From the IMG/VR virus record IMGVR_UViG_3300032257_000446, positions 1-24,896 of that record: DNA of 24,896 bases; one strand, 5' to 3'. How positions within the stretch are numbered: position 1 is the stretch's first letter; every line of letters starts with the position of its first letter. This stretch comes from a virus (Duplodnaviria > Caudoviricetes). Shown in pieces: positions 1 to 7,727 of the stretch. The position numbers and the translations under genes are program-made. A model generated the notes under the pieces. The model saw nothing but the letters and a program-made list of their open reading frames with translations, searched no databases and was not told where the DNA came from.

Positions 1-47
1 GGATAATTCCGCTGGCCTACCTTTTGTGACAACGCGAGAGGATGGTC

Positions 48-413
48 ATGGGGCAAACAATTACGCGCGCTCATTTGAGCGAAGCGGTTTATCAGGAAGT
101 CGGCTTGTCACGGAATGAGTCGGCAGATCTTGTCGAGTCTGTGCTGACTGCAATTGGGGACAGTTTGTCTGAGGGAGAGACTGTGAAGCTATCTTCCTTT
201 GGGTCTTTTTCTGTCCGTCAGAAGGGTGGCCGAATGGGCAGAAACCCGAAGACTGGTGAAGAGGTGCCGATTAAACCACGTCGGGTACTCGTTTTTCGTC
301 CAAGCCACGTGTTGAAAGAACAGATCAACAAGGCGCTGACCGTCGCAAAGGCCGCAGGTGCTAGCCTTACGGGGATCAGCTCAACTGGGTCGGCCGACCA
401 AGCTGCCGATTAG
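48..413 (+). CDS. ihfA: Integration host factor subunit alpha
   Basis: [22 protein letters not shown]...VKLSSFGSF...[21 protein letters not shown] is the IHF-alpha signature; GAGAGG RBS fits ATG at 48 (ORF track starts at 42). Confidence 0.96.
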   Translation: MGQTITRAHLSEAVYQEVGLSRNESADLVESVLTAIGDSLSEGETVKLSSFGSFSVRQKGGRMGRNPKTGEEVPIKPRRVLVFRPSHVLKEQINKALTVAKAAGASLTGISSTGSADQAAD

Positions 414-460
414 GAATTGCAGATTGACCGCCTCTCCAAGGAAAAGCGCAATCGTTTGAT

Positions 461-949
461 ATGACCGTAATTGAGACAACAAGCCCGCGAAAATCGCCCG
501 ATGCGTTTCGGACGATCAGCGAAGTTGCGGTTGAACTGGATGTGCCGCAGCACGTATTGCGGTTTTGGGAAAGCAAGTTTGCGCAGATCAAGCCGCTGAA
601 GCGCGGTGGCGGGCGCCGGTACTATCGGCCCGAGGATGTGGATCTGCTGCGCGGCGTGCGTGCGCTTCTCTACAAGGACGGATATACGATCAAAGGTGTC
701 CAGAAGGTCTTTCGCGATCAGGGCGTCCGATTTGTCATGGAGACGGGTCGGGCAGCGAATGATGATTCTGTCGCTGGCATTGCCAGAACTGTTGTCGAAC
801 GCGGGGGGGATGATTCCTCTGACGCGGACGGCCAAGAGAACGGTCTTGATAGGACGGCCAAGTCGATTTTGACAGGTATCGCCCGCCGTCTTGAAGCTCT
901 GAAGGCAGACCTGGACGGCGACACAGACGAAGAAGAGCCGTCTCGCTAA
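461..949 (+). CDS. MerR-family HTH transcriptional regulator (conserved ihfA neighbour)
   Basis: [43 protein letters not shown]; the usual ihfA-MerR-tRNA-Pro synteny. Confidence 0.93.
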   Translation: MTVIETTSPRKSPDAFRTISEVAVELDVPQHVLRFWESKFAQIKPLKRGGGRRYYRPEDVDLLRGVRALLYKDGYTIKGVQKVFRDQGVRFVMETGRAANDDSVAGIARTVVERGGDDSSDADGQENGLDRTAKSILTGIARRLEALKADLDGDTDEEEPSR

Positions 950-988
950 TCGTTAGCTGTAAAACAGATTTTTCCAGGTCCAGGCCCG

Positions 989-1017
989 TTGATCGGCAGA
1001 GGGTGCGCCTCTATAGT
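989..1017 (+). promoter_or_regulatory. sigma70-type promoter of tRNA-Pro
   Basis: TTGATC (989-994) - 17 nt - TATAGT (1012-1017) upstream of the tRNA. Confidence 0.6.
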
Positions 1018-1062
1018 GCCGCTCCTTCTGAGGACCACCCTCCATCGCCTTGGAAGATATGA

Positions 1063-1139
1063 CGGAGCGTAGCGCAGCCCGGTAGCGCACTTGTCTGGGG
1101 GACAAGGGGTCGTGGGTTCAAATCCCGCCGCTCCGACCA
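1063..1139 (+). tRNA. tRNA-Pro(GGG); prophage attachment site
   Basis: 77-nt cloverleaf CGGAGCG...CGCTCCG-A-CCA, anticodon arm CTTGT-CTGGGGG-ACAAG, T loop GTTCAAATC. Confidence 0.97.
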
Positions 1140-1161
1140 TCTAAGTACTTGAAAAGTATGG

Positions 1162-2475
1162 CTATTTCCCTCGGCGCGGTTTGCGTCGAGGGGACGTGCT
1201 TTCGATAGTTTGTCTAAAGTTTGTCTTTGGTGACAGGGAATCGTCGGCAGCGAGGTCCATTGCCGCGCGCAGTTCGGGATCTGAGAGGCCTAGATAGCGC
1301 TGCGTGGTTTGTAGGTCTGCATGGCCGAGCGCTCGTTGGGCCGCGAGTGGGCTCACTTTCCGGCCAATCTTGGTGCCGCCGGTCTTTCTGGTGGCTTCGT
1401 GCCAGGTGATGGTGCCAAGCCCGCACTCGCGCCGGACGGTCTCCCAGGCATGCTTAAATTCGTCGAAGGGCACCCATGCGCCGGTTTGACGCCCGTTCTC
1501 GCCTATCGGGCCTGATCGCTTGTCCCAGCGCTTAAAGACACGTCCACGGGCCTGTGGGCCGCGATTGCAGAGCCAGATATAGAATGCGCGGGTCATGGGT
1601 TGCCGCAGGCGCCTTCCTCCTGGTTTGTTGCTTTTCTCAAAGACTTCAATTTCCTGTGCTTCCATGTCGAGCTGCGACCAGTCTAGACGGGTGAGGGGTG
1701 TGCGGCGGAAGGGTTGCCATATCCCTGCCTGTAGGAGATCTCCGACATGGGCGTAAGTCTTGTTTTCTGGCCGCGCGCACCATTCGAGAGCGTGAGCTAT
1801 GCGATCATCTGGCAGGGTTCGGACAGGTGTGTCGGCGACCGGCAGGAATCGATCATCCCAAATGATCGGATCGGGCATCAGGTAAGGTCCGTCTTGGCGT
1901 TTGGGGTGGACGTCCAGACGCCAGACCTGGTCGGCCATTCGCAGAACCGCCCGCAGGTGGGTCAAATCGGCATTGACGGTGCGGGCTGAGACCGTCTGAG
2001 GTTTAGCTGTCGCTTTGCGGTTCCGGATCGGTTCGCCATGGCGCAACGCAGAAAACCGCTGCACGGCGGCATTGGTGATATCATGCAAGTAAACCGGGTC
2101 GGTCTCCGTCGCCTTTGGCATCAGGCGCAACAGATTGCGGCTGTGGATGGCGATCGTCTCAGCGCTGGCAAGTATCGGGGTGCCTGTTCCCTTGCAAACA
2201 TGGTCAAGCCAGTATCGGGTGAGAGCGGCGTCCAACGTGATCTGCCGTTGCTCCAACTGATCAAGGCCCTGCTCGATCGCCCGCATTTTTGAGAGGGTGC
2301 GTTTACGCGCTACCGCTTTGTCGTTTGTGCGAGTGCTGCCTCGAAGTCTAACACCTGTCCCGTCCGGGCGTGAGACGGTGACGTTTTCGTGCCAGAACGG
2401 GGAGAGCTGCCCCGCTTTTTTGTGCCCCTTGGGGTAGCGGATGCGTTTGACAATGTCAGTAGTTTTTCCAGGCAT
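1162..2475 (-). CDS. int: Tyrosine recombinase / phage integrase
   Basis: Catalytic set R (PFRR), K, HxxxR (WHEATRK), H (LGHAD), Y (TTQRY); N-terminal RGSTRTNDK..A arm-type region; GGAGG RBS; abuts tRNA. Confidence 0.92.
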   Translation of the reverse strand: MPGKTTDIVKRIRYPKGHKKAGQLSPFWHENVTVSRPDGTGVRLRGSTRTNDKAVARKRTLSKMRAIEQGLDQLEQRQITLDAALTRYWLDHVCKGTGTPILASAETIAIHSRNLLRLMPKATETDPVYLHDITNAAVQRFSALRHGEPIRNRKATAKPQTVSARTVNADLTHLRAVLRMADQVWRLDVHPKRQDGPYLMPDPIIWDDRFLPVADTPVRTLPDDRIAHALEWCARPENKTYAHVGDLLQAGIWQPFRRTPLTRLDWSQLDMEAQEIEVFEKSNKPGGRRLRQPMTRAFYIWLCNRGPQARGRVFKRWDKRSGPIGENGRQTGAWVPFDEFKHAWETVRRECGLGTITWHEATRKTGGTKIGRKVSPLAAQRALGHADLQTTQRYLGLSDPELRAAMDLAADDSLSPKTNFRQTIESTSPRRKPRRGK

Positions 2476-2702
2476 CCGGCCTCCCTGATCTTGATCGATA
2501 GCAGGCGCAGATCTTCCACATTGTAGAAGCGGTGGACCTTCTTGGCGTTTTGGTTCTTGGTCCAGAAATCAACAAGGCCCAGCTCTGCACACTGCTTTAA
2601 TTCTCTTGGCTCGAGCGCCAGCATTGCAGCTGCGTCTTTGTGTGACAAAGTGATCGCGTCTGGCACGGGTGCTCTAGATTGGCGAGTATGAGGGGCCTGC
2701 AT
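2310..2702 (-). CDS. Probable excisionase-like winged-HTH protein
   Basis: LSHKDAAAMLAL..RELKQ...G.V...HRFYNVEDL resembles Xis/HTH_17; immediately upstream of and overlapping int; GGAGA RBS before ATG 2702. Confidence 0.7.
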   Translation of the reverse strand: MQAPHTRQSRAPVPDAITLSHKDAAAMLALEPRELKQCAELGLVDFWTKNQNAKKVHRFYNVEDLRLLSIKIREAGCLEKLLTLSNASATPRGTKKRGSSPRSGTKTSPSHARTGQVLDFEAALAQTTKR

Positions 2703-2756
2703 GGCAAAGTCTCCGATCAATCGTCGGAGAGCATTGAAAAAAAGTGATACGAAAGT

Positions 2757-2773
2757 CAATCAAAAAATGATAC
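2757..2773. promoter_or_regulatory. Putative repressor operator at the xis-int promoter
   Basis: CAATCA-AAAAA-TGATAC matches GTATCA-N5-TGATAC; extra half-site TGATAC at 2745-2750; overlaps minus-strand TTGACT (2759-2754). Confidence 0.65.
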
Positions 2774-2780
2774 GCCGGGT

Positions 2781-2990
2781 TTAGCTGGACCCGTTTTCGT
2801 CGACCAGTCGGAGGGTGGTTTTTGTGGTGGTCGGCTTTTCTCCCGCGCCTTTTGCCGCTTTCTCTAGCACTTCATCCATGATTGGCCCTGTTAGGTCGAT
2901 TGCATATCGGATGATAGGATCGCTGCTTGACTCGTGTTGTTTCATAAGGCGATACCAATCGCGGAGGAATCTTTCTCTCTCAGCGGTCAT
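2781..2990 (-). CDS. Small hypothetical protein (69 aa) coupled to luxI; candidate effector/antirepressor
   Basis: ATGA start/stop overlap with luxI at 2987-2990; fills the gap up to the operator. Function is inference only. Confidence 0.7.
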   Translation of the reverse strand: MTAERERFLRDWYRLMKQHESSSDPIIRYAIDLTGPIMDEVLEKAAKGAGEKPTTTKTTLRLVDENGSS

Positions 2991-3610
2991 GATGCGACAC
3001 CCGCCTCGGTAGCCAGATCTTCTGGGCTCAATCCAGCCTCTAGCTCGTCGACCATGTCACGGAGGAACGCCACGGCATCGGCCTCGATCGGTGTTGAAAC
3101 AACGATGAATGGTTTGCCATCAACGGTGACGGGTGGCCCATGCCGGGTAGCATCTTTCAGGGTGGTTTCGGCAACCCGGAGTGGCGTGAGAAAGAAAGAT
3201 GCGGACTTGTTTTGCGCCAGCATCAGATCACAGAGGCCCAGCTGAATTTTCAATACGGCGAGAGAGGCGACAGCCGGTGGCAGGCCGGGGATATGGCCGA
3301 TGCGGTGAAGCTCAACAGAGGCTTCCTTGTCGGGGAGGGGCGTTGTGATGCCTTCGGCCCAGCATTGTTCAACCATGGTGCAGGGGCCATCGGCGGGGAT
3401 CATTCTGCCCACAGCGATTGTTTGGCCTTGCCAGGTTACGGATGCCCAAGTGGGGTTGAATTGCGCCTGATCAAAAATGTCTCCCTCGAACCCGGCGAGA
3501 TAGTTGGGGGCAGGCCAGCTCGGAAATATGAGCGCGCGGGCGCGTGAATGCGCTGCCATGAGCTGCTTATGTGCCCAGGCGTTTTTAGTGGTGATGTGAT
3601 GAAAGTCCAT
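2987..3610 (-). CDS. luxI: LuxI-family acyl-homoserine-lactone synthase homolog (divergent)
   Basis: R-x-R-x3-F..W (SRARALIFPSW), E-x-D-x-F-D (FEGDIFD), GRMIP...GP.TM (canonical RLLPTTGP.M), ELxR (VELHR); 207 aa; directly downstream of a luxR. Confidence 0.85.
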   Translation of the reverse strand: MDFHHITTKNAWAHKQLMAAHSRARALIFPSWPAPNYLAGFEGDIFDQAQFNPTWASVTWQGQTIAVGRMIPADGPCTMVEQCWAEGITTPLPDKEASVELHRIGHIPGLPPAVASLAVLKIQLGLCDLMLAQNKSASFFLTPLRVAETTLKDATRHGPPVTVDGKPFIVVSTPIEADAVAFLRDMVDELEAGLSPEDLATEAGVAS

Positions 3611-3678
3611 GGTGCCCCCGATAAATTTAGTTCGGGAGCAGATTGATCCGCTACAGTCTTTGGGACTACCTGAGAAAG

Positions 3679-4422
3679 TTAAGGAAGGGCCCCGACAGCA
3701 AATGCGCGGTTGATCACTTGAATGTTCTTTCCGACCTGAAGCTTCTGGCGGATGTCATAGAAGCGCTGGTTCACCGCTGCTTCCTTGCAGTCTTCTAGCG
3801 CAGCGATTGCGGCGGAGCTGTACCCCTCCCACAATAAACGTAGTATGCGGATGTCCCCCTCGGATAGGTTGATGGAGGCTGCAGCTTCTGCGGCATAGTC
3901 AGCCTGCGCATAAATGCGGTAGATCTGCACTGCGCTTAAAATTTCCAGCGCCACACCATATTCAGCGCGCTTGTCACGGCCCGAACAGGAGAAGCCGCCG
4001 CCGTCGCCCCCTGGCGCTGGCACAATGACGGAAAATCCATTGGTTGCTCCGCCGTCGATCGCCGCGCGTTCCATGTGCTTTTTCTGAATGTCGGTCTGCG
4101 GAATATCATCCCAGAAGCGGGGCAGTAGGAAGCTTGGATCAGCGGACCATGTGGGATCTATGCGGGCGAGGTTTTCTGTCGTGTAGGCTTCGGCCCATGA
4201 CGGCTCACGCTGGTCGATTAAATGGAAGTTTTCAAAAGCGTGTGGGGTTTGCGACATGGGGTTGATTTGCAGCATGACCGCAAACTTGTCGAAGCCATGA
4301 CTTTCTATCAGTCTGCGCAATGCTGCCGTTCGATCGTCCAGCAGAGTGGCGCTCGCCATACTTTCGTAGAAGTCCATTCGCTTTGCACTTTTGCTCTGCA
4401 TGGTCGGCCTCAATTCTGCCAT
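3679..4422 (-). CDS. luxR: LuxR-family autoinducer-binding transcriptional regulator
   Basis: AHL-pocket residues W-x3-Y (WAEAY), DP (RIDP), W (PRFW), G (TNGFS); C-terminal LuxR HTH LS..D..IL.L..EG.SS..IA...V......IRQKL; start could be at a downstream Met. Confidence 0.92.
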   Translation of the reverse strand: MAELRPTMQSKSAKRMDFYESMASATLLDDRTAALRRLIESHGFDKFAVMLQINPMSQTPHAFENFHLIDQREPSWAEAYTTENLARIDPTWSADPSFLLPRFWDDIPQTDIQKKHMERAAIDGGATNGFSVIVPAPGGDGGGFSCSGRDKRAEYGVALEILSAVQIYRIYAQADYAAEAAASINLSEGDIRILRLLWEGYSSAAIAALEDCKEAAVNQRFYDIRQKLQVGKNIQVINRAFAVGALP

Positions 4423-4610
4423 TGAAAAGGTTGACGCTCTCGAAATACCGGTTTTATAGTAGAATCGGCTAGGAGGAGCTGTGTCAACAAAACTAATTTA
4501 TCTCAGTCAATATCGCAGCCGTGCGCCGGTTGTGATCCGCGCAGATTTGGCTAAAAAGCTGACACTGATCAGTGATCGTCAGGCGGAACGGTTGGAAAAA
4601 GTGATCGACA

Positions 4611-5051
4611 TTATGATCGCCGAGACGCAGTCGGACCGCTCGGATTAGCCAAAGTGCTCCCGTTGTCTTCTTCATCTTCAGAGAGAAGTGCCACGATCAT
4701 CTGCATCCGCAAAGCCCGCTTTCTGGGATTTTTGATGCGGGAGAAGAGGCGGACCAATTCGGCCAGCTGGTCGGCCAACTCTGCGGTGTCCGTGGTCTCT
4801 TCTAGTGCTTGAGACCCTTGCAGTTCCCCGCCAAGCGCCAAAACGCGCTCTTTCTTGATCCCAGCCTTGGTGAGAACCGGCAGGATAGCCTCCATCATTT
4901 CAGGCGGAAGCAGACGCTTCTTATAGCGGTTTTCGTAATAGCCATAGCTGGCTGCATTGATTTGGATGGCGTCGGCGAAGCCACGGGAGGAAAACCCCGC
5001 CTCTGTTCTCAGGGCTTTCAGCTCGAGCCCGACTCGTTTGTCCTTCGCCAT
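4611..5051 (-). CDS. CI-like prophage repressor, XRE HTH, no S24 peptidase domain
   Basis: LKALRTEAGFSSRGFADAIQINAASYGYYE HTH; divergent from the Cro-like gene. ATG 5051 preferred because the ORF-track extension to 5135 covers the operator region. Confidence 0.85.
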   Translation of the reverse strand: MAKDKRVGLELKALRTEAGFSSRGFADAIQINAASYGYYENRYKKRLLPPEMMEAILPVLTKAGIKKERVLALGGELQGSQALEETTDTAELADQLAELVRLFSRIKNPRKRALRMQMIVALLSEDEEDNGSTLANPSGPTASRRS

Positions 5052-5085
5052 GGGTGTATTTTGCGATAAATACACACCATCGTCT

Positions 5086-5124
5086 GTAGCAAAAAGTGAT
5101 TGACGTTGTATCATTTGATGATAC
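5086..5124. promoter_or_regulatory. Tandem operators of the lysis/lysogeny switch, flanking the rightward -35
   Basis: GTAGCA-AAAAG-TGATTG (5086-5102) and perfect GTATCA-TTTGA-TGATAC (5108-5124); TTGACG at 5100-5105. Confidence 0.75.
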
Positions 5125-5133
5125 GTTCGTGTC

Positions 5134-5442
5134 ATGACCTTACTCCCTGCCCCCTTAATTGATTTGTTCGGCAGCGTGCGCCTTTGCGCGCGTGCCTTCG
5201 GTGTTTCTCCCGGCGCTGTGCAGGGATGGAGACGTGCGGGCGTTGTCCATGGCGACCGCCACCCCGACCTTTGGGACGTTGCAGATCAGCGTGGGCTCTA
5301 TATCCCGATCTCTTGCTACGCGGGTCCGACAATTGTTCATCGCTTTCTCTCCTCGCTCGGTCGTTATCGACGAAAGAAATATTGGCGGAAACGCTTTGCG
5401 TCTGGCGCAAAGTTTTTTGGGCTTTGGAGCCAGAGAACATGA
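5134..5442 (+). CDS. Cro/YdaS-like HTH protein
   Basis: LIDLFGSVRLCARAFGVSPGAVQGWRR.G; divergent from the repressor; probably leaderless. Confidence 0.8.
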   Translation: MTLLPAPLIDLFGSVRLCARAFGVSPGAVQGWRRAGVVHGDRHPDLWDVADQRGLYIPISCYAGPTIVHRFLSSLGRYRRKKYWRKRFASGAKFFGLWSQRT

Positions 5443-5807
5443 ACAGCTTTGCCGAAGCCCATTTTGTCGAGGAGGCGCAGTGCTGGTTTCAGGACCTCGT
5501 GAAGGCCACTGAGCGCGAATTGCATCTGCGCACTGGACCGGCGATCGCACACCTGGCGGCGAAGCTCAGCATGAGTGAAGACCAAGCGTTGCGGATCTTT
5601 TACGGCAAACTCAAGAGCGTGAGTTCGGGCCGGTATCACCAATTAAAAAAAGAGTATGCGGCCCATGTTGCCCTGGAGGCAGCGCGAACAGCGCATGCGC
5701 GGACATTTTCCGAGCGTCTTCGAGAAAGAGGCCTTCATGTCATACGTGAAACGGAAGCTGGCGAAGTGGGGCTACCTGCTTACTGGCCTGATGAACAGGG
5801 GGTTTGA
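5439..5807 (+). CDS. Hypothetical HTH-like protein in the CII position
   Basis: ATGA overlap with the cro stop; AIAHLAAKLSMS..QALRIFYG is HTH-like. Confidence 0.65.
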   Translation: MNSFAEAHFVEEAQCWFQDLVKATERELHLRTGPAIAHLAAKLSMSEDQALRIFYGKLKSVSSGRYHQLKKEYAAHVALEAARTAHARTFSERLRERGLHVIRETEAGEVGLPAYWPDEQGV

Positions 5808-6087
5808 TGTGATCAATCCTGACCTCATAGCCGATGGTGATGCTGAGCCGGCCACTCCCTCTGAGGGGTATCTGATGGTGGTGAGCGAAGGAAACACACG
5901 CCTGGAAATCATGCAAGGGAGCAAAAAGCTTGTCGACCTCCGAGACGATGAAGCGTTTCTTCCGGCCCTATGTCTTGAACAATTTATTCAAGCGCGGGGC
6001 AATGTGCTGGCGCAAACCAGTTTGATTGAAGGGGTTATTGCTGGCTTGGAGACGAAGAGGGCGAGGGCGCATGACCAGGGAAACTGA
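5737..6087 (+). CDS. Hypothetical phage protein
   Basis: AAAGAGG RBS before ATG 5737; part of the overlapping operon. Confidence 0.6.
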   Translation: MSYVKRKLAKWGYLLTGLMNRGFDVINPDLIADGDAEPATPSEGYLMVVSEGNTRLEIMQGSKKLVDLRDDEAFLPALCLEQFIQARGNVLAQTSLIEGVIAGLETKRARAHDQGN

Positions 6088-6418
6088 TCGTCGCTGCCTT
6101 CGGGCGTTTTATCTTCGGGCTCTGTCGTTCTCGCTGCTGTCTGAGAGGCCTACACCTGACGAGTTGATTGTTTTGCGGCGCAGCCTAGAGAGCCTGACTG
6201 GGGACGCGCTGCGACTATGTGATGTTGAGGTGTTCCGCGCGGTGCGCGAGATCCTTGAAGACGGCGCAACAGCTAACCGCTGCAAGGAGCTGCATGACTC
6301 CATTCATGCCTGTCATGCGCGCTTAGGTGGTTTTGGTGCGTCGTCGGTTAATTTGGCAGAGCGTGCCGAGCAAGCTGGCAAAGCGGTCCCCTGGTATGCG
6401 AAGGGGTCAATGGCATGA
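6071..6418 (+). CDS. Hypothetical phage protein
   Basis: GAGGG RBS, ATG 6071; stop overlaps the next start. Confidence 0.6.
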   Translation: MTRETDRRCLRAFYLRALSFSLLSERPTPDELIVLRRSLESLTGDALRLCDVEVFRAVREILEDGATANRCKELHDSIHACHARLGGFGASSVNLAERAEQAGKAVPWYAKGSMA

Positions 6419-6699
6419 GCGGCGACCTTTATACGTCCCTGCGGCGGGACATGCTGATGGCTCAGGTGCTCGGACAATCAAAGCTTGAACAGATCGATGT
6501 GCTGACGCAATTGCTGGCGGAATTGATGGTCGATGAATGCCACAAAGAGCCCGGCATTCGGCGGAAGCTGCTCAAGGCTGTTCATCAAGAACTTGATGAG
6601 TGCATGGAAATGATCGACCGGACCCACGCGATCCGCAATGCGGTCCGATCGAAGTCAGCAACCATCTACCCTTTTCCTGACAAGAGGAGTGCGACCTGA
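6415..6699 (+). CDS. Hypothetical phage protein
   Basis: ATGA coupling upstream, TGATG coupling downstream. Confidence 0.65.
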   Translation: MSGDLYTSLRRDMLMAQVLGQSKLEQIDVLTQLLAELMVDECHKEPGIRRKLLKAVHQELDECMEMIDRTHAIRNAVRSKSATIYPFPDKRSAT

Positions 6700-6968
6700 T
6701 GCGCGGATTTTCTCCTGGTGGGCAGCTACCCCAACCCCGTGGCCGGGGTCTCTTTCCAGCATTGTTTAATCGCAGGCCGAAGGTTGAGCTTGATGACCAG
6801 ATTTACTTGGTTGAGGGGGCTGAACACGGCGAGGCTGGCGTCAAGCTTATGCTGATCAAGGACAATGGCGAGGTGGTTCATTTTCCGCTCAGCAAGCAGA
6901 CGCGCGCCGACTGGCTGAAAAAACTGTCGCAAGCCGTGTCGCGGGATGAGGGGACAAATGGTGCTTGA
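6699..6968 (+). CDS. Hypothetical phage protein
   Basis: GAGGAG RBS; coupled start. Confidence 0.65.
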   Translation: MRGFSPGGQLPQPRGRGLFPALFNRRPKVELDDQIYLVEGAEHGEAGVKLMLIKDNGEVVHFPLSKQTRADWLKKLSQAVSRDEGTNGA

Positions 6969-7185
6969 TCTACCAGAAGAACGATTTTCAACAGGCGCCG
7001 TGATGATGGCTTTGACTGGTGGGCTGCTCGCTGGTGTGGCTCTAGGATTTTTGATTTTTCCCTCTGTTGGCGCGTGTGCGGTGACAGAGACAGAGGCTGT
7101 GACACAGCCGGGTGCGGTGTCAGGTGCGCCCGCTCATCGGACCCTGTCGCGGTCCACCTGCGTCAAATGGCGGGGTGATGAATGA
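6958..7185 (+). CDS. Small protein with one predicted TM helix
   Basis: Hydrophobic stretch AVMMALTGGLLAGVALGFLIF; GAGGGG RBS. Confidence 0.55.
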   Translation: MVLDLPEERFSTGAVMMALTGGLLAGVALGFLIFPSVGACAVTETEAVTQPGAVSGAPAHRTLSRSTCVKWRGDE

Positions 7186-7727
7186 CTTGCATAGCAGCAT
7201 GTGTCTCGAGCGACGGGATGTGGATGGGCGGAGATAGTGCAGGCGTTGCAGGTTTATCCCTCACAGCTCGTGCCGACCCCAAAGTTTTCCTGAAGGGAGA
7301 GATGTTGTTTGGTTTTACCTCTTCGTTCCGGATGGGCCAGTTGCTTCAATACTCGTTGGACATTCCGGCGCGGCAGCGCGAGGAGGACGTGTTTGGCTAC
7401 ATGTGCACCTCGTTCATTGATGCCGTTCGTGCCTGCCTCGACGATGGTGGATACAAGACTACGAAGGATGGGGTTGAAGAGGGGGGTACGTTCTTGGTTG
7501 GATTTGAGAACCGCCTCTTCCTCGTCGATAACGACTTTCAGATCGGAGAGTCTCTCTGGTCGTTTCAGGCGGTTGGGTGTGGCAGGGACTTGGCGCTTGG
7601 CGCAATGCACGCTCTTGAAGGCCGTCCGGATGAGGTCCGCGTTTTAGCAGGACTTAAGGCTGCACGTTCTTTTTCTGCCGGTGTCTGCGAGCCTTTTCAT
7701 ATTCTCAGTTTTTGCGGAGGTGCGTGA
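7182..7727 (+). CDS. HslV/proteasome-beta-like Ntn-hydrolase
   Basis: N-terminal M-T-C-I, GDS, PKVF, AVGCG...ALGAM pattern. Confidence 0.75.
   Translation: MTCIAACVSSDGMWMGGDSAGVAGLSLTARADPKVFLKGEMLFGFTSSFRMGQLLQYSLDIPARQREEDVFGYMCTSFIDAVRACLDDGGYKTTKDGVEEGGTFLVGFENRLFLVDNDFQIGESLWSFQAVGCGRDLALGAMHALEGRPDEVRVLAGLKAARSFSAGVCEPFHILSFCGGA

Noticed and set aside
946-1140. 64-aa minus-strand ORF (MVGAAGFEPTT...)
   Set aside because: Antisense translation of the tRNA-Pro gene
1095-1161. Exact att core
   Set aside because: Needs the duplicate at the other prophage end, outside the window
4493-4675. 60-aa minus-strand ORF between repressor and luxR
   Set aside because: Overlaps the repressor 3' end, no recognisable features; treated as probably non-coding
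5052-5135. N-terminal extension of the repressor in the ORF track
   Set aside because: Spans the operators and promoter and collides with the cro start; ATG 5051 is more plausible
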